Source of the DNA: Octopus vulgaris
Lineage: Eukaryota
Length of the DNA: 64,000 bases
Reading direction: 5' to 3'
NCBI GenBank assembly: GCA_951406725.2
Contig: OX597830.1
Location: forward strand, 30,256,001-30,320,000
Position 1 is the first letter of the stretch. The number at the start of each line of letters is the position of its first letter. The position numbers were made by a program, and so were the translations under genes. The notes beneath the pieces were generated by a model, which saw only the letters and a program-made list of their open reading frames with translations, was not told where the DNA came from and made no database searches. Positions 53,991-64,000 of this stretch are shown piece after piece.

Positions 53991-55189
53991 GTGTCTGTAT
54001 GTGAGAATGTGTAAGTGTGTGTGTGTGGATAGGGGCTAGTGACTTTGGCGTCTGTGAATGTGTGCGTGTATATGTGCGTCTTTATTGTATGAGTGTGTAG
54101 GTGTGCGGACGATAGTGTGTGGGTGTGCGGTTAATGGTGTGTGGTTGTGGGTGCTGGATAATGGTCAGGGCTAGTGTGTGTGGAGTGGTGCGGAGTGGTA
54201 TGATATGTACATATACACACACAGGGACAGAGACAGAGAGAAAGACATAGCTATAGCTACAACGTCACAATTGCACACTACAAGCCAAAACCTTAGTAGT
54301 TTAGAAGCGGACATCATTGACATGATAAAAAAAATTAAGATGTTAAATAACATAACAACGTCTTCTAGAACGAAATACAAGCAGACATTAGACTGTTACG
54401 TGACGTTGGGGAAAATATCATATTTGCAGACGAGGCAAAAGTCCCTATTATTGCATAACGAGAACATACAAAGAAAGTTAACCTTAATACATACGATGCA
54501 AGAAGAATAAACGCTAGAGAACTATCAACAAAATTACAATTGAATGCCTTGCAAAAATCAAACCAATATAACACAGAAGGATCTCAAAGACAACAATGCA
54601 AACAGTTTCAAATGCTGAGTAATATATCCCTTAGAACTTAGCATAGTAAGATAAAAAAAAATCTTAGAAGAATCAACTTCACAATATGATAAGACAACCG
54701 GAAGTATACAATGGAAAAAGATGCATCCATTTTAGTTTGGTTTACCGACATAAATGACAAATTGACTTATACATTTATATTACGTGACGTCATTCATTGT
54801 AATGGAACGTTCTTATAAGTTGAAAATAAGTATGCCGAGATGTTCGGTTCATTCATCGTTTAAAAATGGACAACATTATGCATGCAAGAATATCTCTCCT
54901 TGTCTACAACTTGGACCGAGTGAAACAAGTAAATGATGAACTCTTTGATACAATTATGGAACACAATGATGAAGGAGAAACATGTAAACTAGTGCAATGT
55001 GGCTAGAAGGAATAAGTAAAATGTCCACAAAATACAATATCGTCCTGCATAGGGACAATAGTCTGACCAGACAGATACAAAGGCGAAAATTTCAGGGTAG
55101 ACCTGATATAGAGCTTTAGAGAATTCGACCTAGACGTTACAGCAACAAGCTATATTAACGTAACATAAAATCTGGACATAGGAAACCAC

Positions 55190-55570
55190 TTCTATTGACG
55201 ACTTAATGAGGTACCTTTATATATAAACAGAATAGTCAAGAAGGAAGGCGAAGAGATTGCTAGATACAACCCTCTTAAGTACGAAATAGCCTGGCCATGG
55301 AAAATGAAGAAAGTGAAGATAGTGACGATTACTGTTGGGTCCTTGTGAACAGTATCAGGAAGCATCCAACGGAATAGCAAGGAAATTGGTATAGAGTACC
55401 CAGTAGAACTGTTACAAGAGGTATGTCTCCTCGGCACGACAATAAACATCAGGAAAGTATTACATAGCTGAAAAGAACGGTTACATAGGCTGCAGGTAAC
55501 AATTCCACTACGCATGAAAGACTCGAGAAGTTTCAACAAAACCTGTGATAAAAAGAAAATAATAATAATG
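55190..55570 (+). mobile_element. R4/Dong-like LINE 3' fragment, degenerate
   Basis: VPLYINRIVKKEGEEIARYNPLKYEIAWPWKMKKVKIVTITVGSL*T...VELLQEVCLLGTTINIRKVLHS*; short UTR then (AAT)n(GAT)n. Confidence 0.8.
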
Positions 55571-55619
55571 ATGATGATGATGATGATGATGATGATAGCA
55601 ACAGCAACAAAACAACAAA

Positions 55620-55827
55620 GTGAGCTCTCAGAATCCTTAACACACCAGGCAAGATGCTCAGGTGGCATTTCGTCCATCTTTTCGACCTGAATTCAAATAC
55701 CGCCCAGGTCAACTTCGCCCTTTATCCTTTTGATATCGATGAAATAAGTACCAGTTAAGTACTAGGGGTCGATGAAACCGATTAAACCTTTCTCACAAGA
55801 TTGATGGCCTTATGTCTATAGTGGAAA
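55620..55827 (+). mobile_element. SINE family B, degenerate
   Basis: GAATTCAAATACCGCCCAGGTCAACTTCGCCCTTTATCCTTT...AAGTACCAG...GGGGTCGATG. Confidence 0.7.
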
Positions 55828-56007
55828 TGATCGTTAGGTGATTATCGATTTTTATACCTTGGTCAGGTTCTAACGGCTGGGGATGTATAACGGCTTCAGT
55901 TGTTCACTGCCAGTAAACTGAAGTAGCAGCCCTTATTTTTCTATAACACTCTGGAGTATTCGAGCTTTTTCGAGCAGCAATTTTTCCTCCGGATTGCAAA
56001 AACTAGT

Positions 56008-56539
<532 letters not shown>

Positions 56540-56620
56540 TTGTTGTTCTATATATTTCATAAGACATTTATTTACTGTTCCAAAGGCTCTGACAATTATT
56601 GGAATTGCTACCAACTTTTC

Positions 56621-56770
56621 AGGCGGCGTGCAGGCACAATCGTTAGCACTCTGGATGAAATGCTTCGCGGTATTTCGCCCGTCGCTATGTTCTGAGTTCA
56701 AATTCCGCCGTGGAATTCCGAGCAGTTCCCTCCCACCAAATGTGAGACCTTGTGCCTCCAGTAGAAAAGA
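56621..56770 (+). mobile_element. SINE family B, internally deleted
   Basis: GGCGGCGTGCAGGCACAATCGTTAGCAC...GAGTTCAAATTCCGCCG...CCTTGTGCC. Confidence 0.75.
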
Positions 56771-56787
56771 TTATTTTTATTATTATT

Positions 56788-57353
56788 GAGTGAGAAAACA
56801 GTGCATGCCATCAAGGTGACACTGGGGTAAAATATACGCAGCCCAGTATATATATATATCATGACTGCCTGTCTGATAAGGGTCCGCCAGGCACATGCAT
56901 CACAGCCATATTTGCACAACATGGTGATCTCATATCAAGATTAACAACGCATCACCTTGCAGTTGGGGCGGGCCCGATTGGAATTTTCTCCAGGTAGAGT
57001 AGCCCATCCCGTTCAGAAGGTCTCTGAATAAGGGTTGTATAAGGATGTTGAACGAAACACTCATGTTTCCAAATGTGAACTATTCAAACCACCAACGAAT
57101 TCCTCTGAATACATGGCTCTGATGGTCTCCCACTACTTCTGCTCGTAACCAGAAATGCAACTTATCGTCAGCTACTACGGAGCATGCTCAACTGGTTACG
57201 GTCAAACAGCTGACAAGCAAATCTGTGGTATTAAGCCGAATGTTTGTGGTAGCCCATATTTAATACCAAGACGAAACAATGTTTAAGATAACACTTCCAA
57301 TCAGTTAAGATGAGAAGACACGAAAGGCAATGCCTGGTACTGACCAAGGGCAT
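56788..57353 (-). mobile_element. (TAA)n-embedded non-coding element, older full-length copy
   Basis: Colinear with 7932-8483, same termini, more substitutions; (TTA)n flanks. Confidence 0.88.
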
Positions 57354-57983
<630 letters not shown>

Positions 57984-60595
57984 ATTATTATTATTCAATG
58001 ACTATTTTTCTGCTTGTCACAGAAATTTCCTTTGATTTTAGTGATTCAATCAAACAGCTGTCGCTTATTATGTTCAACCACTTTACGCCTTTGCTCATTG
58101 AGCTAAACAATATAATACTTTCACAGATAAACACACATATAAAAATAGATAAATAGAAACACACCAGAAAACGACATACATACATACATGCATACAGAGA
58201 TTGCGTGTGTGTGTGTGAGTATATGTTTGTTTGCGTGTGTGTGTGCGTGAGAGAGAGAGAGAGAGAGAGAGTATAGACGAAGGTAGAGAGAAAATTAATT
58301 GTTAATTGAAAGCTAACATGGAAAATATATTGAATACTTCGTCTTAATCGATAAACAGTAATGGGTCTTGTGAGAAATGTCGACACACCCAGCTGTTTAT
58401 ATACATACATATACACATAATATATATATATATATATATACATAGTAAACATATATATATATATATGTATGTATATGTATGTATATACATATATGTATGT
58501 ATATATGTATGTATGTCTCCATATACATATGCGTTTCAGCTTTCAAATACAAAGTTAGGTGCTGTGTATGGCCTCGCTTAAATTATTCCGATATGGTGCA
58601 AATACATGTGTGTGTGTGTGTAAACAGAGAGGAACAGAAGAAAATTAGAAACTGAACTTAAAGAGAGTGTAGGGGCAATAAACTAGTAGCTCGGTTACGT
58701 TGCATAGCTGTACATAAAAAGTGAAATTTGGAATATATGAGAAAAAAAATTGAATTTAGAAACCTAAAGAACATAAATAAATCTTTATATAAAACCAAAT
58801 TTTGCTGTAACTGATAAGATAACTGAAGAAATTGCGAATTTTAAGACGTAAAATATGTCAGCTTATAGCAATACGTTAGCAGTATTTGAGTTGGAAATAA
58901 TTAGCATTATCTAGCTACAAAGAAAATATGCAGCTCTATAATTGCTGTTACTGTGAGTGCAGAGAATGGTTTCGTGAAGCAACCGATGTTACAGCCGAGA
59001 CAGAACATCCGGGAGGATCAGCTGTTACATGAATCTTGAGTTCATAAAGTCCTAAAGAATTGTTTTTGTTTTTTTTTTTGTCTTTCATTATTACCATACT
59101 ATGGTCTTTGATCTTTGATCAACCAGTGATTTGACTCTAAGCATTCAAGGCATTATATATCTCATATGAGTTAGGGGAAGGATAAACCTCAGACTAAACT
59201 ATCTAATCTGTTCTTTTTGTATTTCTCTTTACTCCATTTCCTATTCATTTCTTTTTTGTTCATGTAGCCCCGGTCAATACTTTTCCTAAATGCATTTATT
59301 TTTCTATTATCGTTTCATTTTCTAAAACTCATTTCTAATTGTAGGATATGATTTTGTGTCTTTGTTCATGCACATGTTTGTGTGTATGTGTGAGCGTGAG
59401 TGGGGCATTGCGTTCAAAATTGCAACATATTTAATTTTTCTGCAGTGAACAAACAGCAAGCAGCAAAAGCTATGCTTAAACATTACCATTGTCTCTATTT
59501 CCCCAGTTGTTTGAAATAATTTCTAACCTTGTAGTTGTTGCATTCAACTGTAATACGTAGGTCAGAAAATATTATTTATGGTAGTGCAAAATTTTATTAC
59601 GATTTCACGCATATATACATTTCACACATATATACTCCTATGCTTATATGCATCACAAACACTCACACATACATATATTAGAATTAAATATTGATGATGT
59701 ACAATATATTCCGTGAGATGAACACGTGACGAGCAACAATATTGATACAAACATGTATACTAAATATATACTTATCGTTTGTTATGATCATCTCCACAGA
59801 TTTTCTATGGAAGGTGTTCAATATACTTCGTAGTATATTATAGTTGCATAACGAAATACGGTGTCCCTACAGGTCATTAATACTTATCGAATCCTGTTTT
59901 GATTGTAGGAGTTATACGTCATTCACGTTACGTATTGGTTAAATTGAAAAGGTTCAAGATACTGCTAGAAAAATCTATTGGGTATACCAGGGTATGTTGT
60001 TTCTTCGTTTTGATATTTTGGTATGGTTAATAGTTGTCTGTTATACGGCAATATCTACATTTACTATTTATAAGTGTGTGACTGTAATTTTTTATTGAGC
60101 TCTTAGTATTTTCTAAACTTATCCAACTCATATCATTTGCTACTGGTGTACATAACCAACCTATCATCTCTATATAGTCCCCTGCTAGTGGATTGTATAC
60201 CTTTTTTTTTAACGTGAGTGTCAATGATGATAGCTACGACTAATTCGTTATTTCATCATCCATGTAGCTACTCATGATTACATATGTAAGTTCATTTCCA
60301 TGTTTCTTAGCCCAGAATTTTTCAGCATTAACATGTTAATGACCTCCTAACATAGATTATTTATATCAATATGAGTATAACATATGTTGTAAAGTATCTT
60401 CTTAGCTGAACAGTTATATTTCCAAGAAAAAAATAGATGTAATGGGTTGCATTTAATAACAATGAACAATCAAAATCGACCGCTGGATTTGTCGATAATT
60501 TCGTAGGTATGTCTTTATCAAATTCTAGTTCTATCTATTAATATGTATATTCAAAAATACATATGCTCGGATATATATATATATATGTGTGTGTA

Positions 60596-60661
<66 letters not shown>

Positions 60662-60662
<1 letters not shown>

Positions 60663-60757
60663 CCTTCTTTCCTTCTTTCCTGAGCGTCCAATAATACTAT
60701 ATTTGCTCCACGTCCTCGCGTTGTTGTGGTTTTTTGTGCTTTCTTGTTTGGATTAAC

Positions 60758-60758
<1 letters not shown>
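60662..60758 (+). mobile_element. Penelope-type terminal repeat 3' fragment (type 2) within (TA)n
   Basis: CCTTCTTTCCTGAGCGTCCAATAATACT...CCTCGCGTTG...TGGATTAAC matches 51210-51305. Confidence 0.7.
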
Positions 60759-60827
<69 letters not shown>

Positions 60828-61475
60828 ATTGGGATTCAGTTGAAATTGGGTACTTACGTTGAAGCACCAAAATTAGTGCAGTATTATCGGTACAACTCAA
60901 AGTAAGCTGAATAAAATCAAAATAAGCAACAGGATATCCAGAGGTGATGCAGTACGACCGTTTCAGGCGATTCTATTTAATTGAACAACGCAATCATTCC
61001 ATCGATTTAAATGCAGGGCTATCCTCAGGTGCATAAGTAAATAAAATTTTTGTTAATCAGTCGGACACATCAATATAATTTTACTTAAATACTCTAATAG
61101 AGCAAGATAGACAAAGTCCATGCTGCTACTACTGTAGCTTAGAATATACTAGACTTCAAGAAATGTATGAGAGTCTGTTGGGGTTATAGCTTGTAAGGGA
61201 TTTTGGTTCAGTTTTAATTTATTAGTCTCGTTTCTCAATTACCAAATCTAAGACTAGAAGACTGTGTCTGTTTGGAATGGAGAGCAGAAGTGAGTTGACA
61301 GTACATGATTGGGTATGGTCATAAACATTGTCAAGATCTATTTGAAGTAGTAAATAGCACAACACATACACACACACACACACACACATACATCACACAC
61401 ACTCCTACACCCATCACGTATACACGTACATGTTTGTGTGTGTGTGTGTGTGTGTGTGTGAGTTTCTGTGTGTCT

Positions 61476-61637
61476 ATGACGGGCTTCTTTCAGGTTATGT
61501 CTACTAAATCCACCCACGTGGTTTTGCTCGACCCGAGGCTACAGCAGAATTCACTTGCCCAAGGTGCCACACGGTGGGGGGTGGGGGTGAATCCACAAAT
61601 ATGTGGTTGATAAACAAATTTCTTACCACACAGTCAC
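61476..61637 (-). mobile_element. SINE family A 5' half, degenerate
   Basis: GACGGGCTTCTTTCAG...CACTTGCCCAAGGTGCCAC...CTTACCACACAGTCAC. Confidence 0.75.
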
Positions 61638-61693
61638 TAATCAGAAACATTAGTAATATCTATACCTCAGAAATATGTGTGTGCGTGTGTGTG

Positions 61694-61762
<69 letters not shown>

Positions 61763-62007
61763 ATACAAGTATATATACACTTACAATGTACGCAAATATA
61801 TTCACATACGAATACAAATTATTTGTAAATTCACAGTTGTGAGGCGACTCTCTATAATTGAACGCTACACGATCCATCCTGAAACAATTGTAATTCTCAC
61901 TATATGAGAAAGAAACGTTCTGATTTAAAGCCAGCTGCACGAAAATGCTATCCTCTTAATCACTTATGCAAAATTCTCTCGTTTAAAACAAAACAACATG
62001 TATATAT

Positions 62008-62160
62008 AGGCGCTTGAGTGGCAGTGTGTTAAGTAGCTTGCTTCCCAACCACATAGTTCTGGGTTCAGTTTCACTGCATGGCATCTTGGACAAGTAGCCT
62101 CAAGCCGACCAAAGCCTTGTGAGTGGAACTGGTAGACAGAAACTGTAAGAAATCCCTCGC

Positions 62161-62214
<54 letters not shown>

Positions 62215-62406
62215 ATTTGTGTCAGTGCTTGTCCCCCACCATCTCTTCACAACCAATATTGGTGTGTTAACGTCCCCGTAGCTTAGTGGTTTGGTCAAAA
62301 GGATGACACAGTAAGTACTAGGTTTACAAAGTCCTGAGGTCAACTCATTCGCCTAAAGGTTGTGCTCCCCCATGGCCGCATTCAAATGACTGAACATGTA
62401 AAAGAA
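62008..62406 (+). mobile_element. SINE family A, degenerate
   Basis: GGCGCTTGAGTGGCAGTGTG...GCCGACCAAAGCCTTGTGAGTGG...CATGGCCGCATTCAAATGACTGAA. Confidence 0.85.
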
Positions 62407-62528
62407 AATATACATTCGTAATATTATGTAAACTACATCCGCAGTGCTTTTGAAACAAATGTAATATTCGCCAAATACTTCCATCCCTTTTATTTACAAA
62501 CATATACGCGCGCACGCACACACACATA

Positions 62529-62659
<131 letters not shown>

Positions 62660-63809
62660 ATAATCATAAATATATACTCATGAATTTACACACATACAGC
62701 TGCTGAAGAAAGAATTCACAGATTATACGTTTTCACATCTGGTATTACAAAATAAAAGCTCGAATGAATTACTAGATAGAACGCAATCTATATCATTCAT
62801 TGACGGTAAAGTTAATATATGCATCTAGTCTTCAACCTAAATTGAGTATGATCTATAATAATAATAGTAACAACAATAATCATTCTACCAGTGTAAAAAT
62901 GATTCTTGTAAAAATGGAACATCTGTTATATTAAGGGGAGATACATGCATAAGCATATTTTGAGGCTCCTCTTATGACAAAATATTTATTGTGTATTTTT
63001 TCTTCTTTCTGGTTCATATATATATATATATATATTGTTCTGTCATTGTTTGTTTATCGTCCTTGTGTATGTAAATCAGCTATTTCTACACTAGCCCCCA
63101 AACAATAGCGCACGTAGTTTACAATCACGGGTACATGTTTCCTGTTGAAATACCAGCCCGAGATATTTTTCTCCCATACCCTTTTATGTGCGGGAAAAAA
63201 AAGAAACACACGCATATGCATCCACAAACACATACATACACAAACAAACAGACAGACACACATACAGAGGGATAAATACACAAACACGCATCCCCCCCCA
63301 CACACACATACTGTCTCTCTCTCTATGTCTTTCTTGCACAATAGTCACATCACACACACACACCCATATAAAAATGTCTTGTTGTATACCTCGGTCAGAA
63401 GAAGTAGCAAAATATTCATATTTGCATTATAATTCGGCGTTCGACATTTATTTCTCATATTGTTGCAATTCTCTACGTTGGACAATACACTTAGCGGCAT
63501 TTCGTTCGGTTCAAATTACGCTGAGATCAACTTTTACACTTTTATACTTTCGATGTCTACAAAATAAATACAGGTTGTGGGGCCGATATCATCAGCTAAA
63601 CTCCTAAGATATTGCTGGTTTTCTGCCCAAGTCGGAAACCAGTTTATTCTCATCATTTTCTTGACTCGGGAATGGTATTGTTCTTGCTCGAAATAAAATC
63701 TTCCATTGTCGACTTTTCCTTTCAAGGTTAACAAAATTGACCTTTCGAGGTTTAATAAAATAGTAATTTTGGCCCAAGGCTCGCAATTTCGGGTAAGGGG
63801 ATAGTAATA

Positions 63810-64000
63810 GGAGCACTCCATCGGTTACGACGACGGGGTTTCAGCTGATATGATCAACGGAACAGCTTGCTCGTAAAATTAACGTGCAAGTAGCTGAGCA
63901 TTCCACAGACACGTGTACCCATAACGTAGTTTGCAAGGAGGTTCAGCGTGACACAGAGTGTGACAAGGCAGGCCCTTTTTGAAATAGAGGTACTACTCAT
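63810..64000 (-). mobile_element. SINE family C 3' part (continues beyond window)
   Basis: GGAGCACTCCATCGGTTACGACGAC...GATCAACGGAACAGCTTGCTCG...TGACAAGGCAGGCCC matches 12058-12250. Confidence 0.88.

Overview
AT-rich, repeat-dominated eukaryotic DNA, most likely intronic or intergenic sequence from an octopus-type cephalopod genome (inferred from the microsatellite load and SINE types, not proven). No host protein-coding exon could be supported, and almost all ORFs in the supplied track are microsatellite or SINE read-throughs. Supported content: three tRNA-headed SINE families (about 30 copies or fragments) and fossil LINE fragments (RTE/BovB-like, R4/Dong-like, HERO-like). DNA transposon relics include a full-length decayed mariner, Tc1-, maT- and Tigger-like pieces, a hAT MITE, a Mutator-like MITE and a probable non-autonomous Helitron. 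Several Penelope-type terminal repeats carry minimal hammerhead-ribozyme motifs. The most interesting signals are (i) hammerhead-bearing short repeats that end in (TA)n, including a tandem dimer; (ii) a 550-bp non-coding element found only inside (TAA)n; (iii) SINE arrays whose tail-to-head junctions recur at identical nucleotides at two loci; and (iv) a 110-bp highly structured, pseudoknot-capable element next to (TA)n. All coordinates were read by eye, and boundaries of degenerate repeats are approximate.
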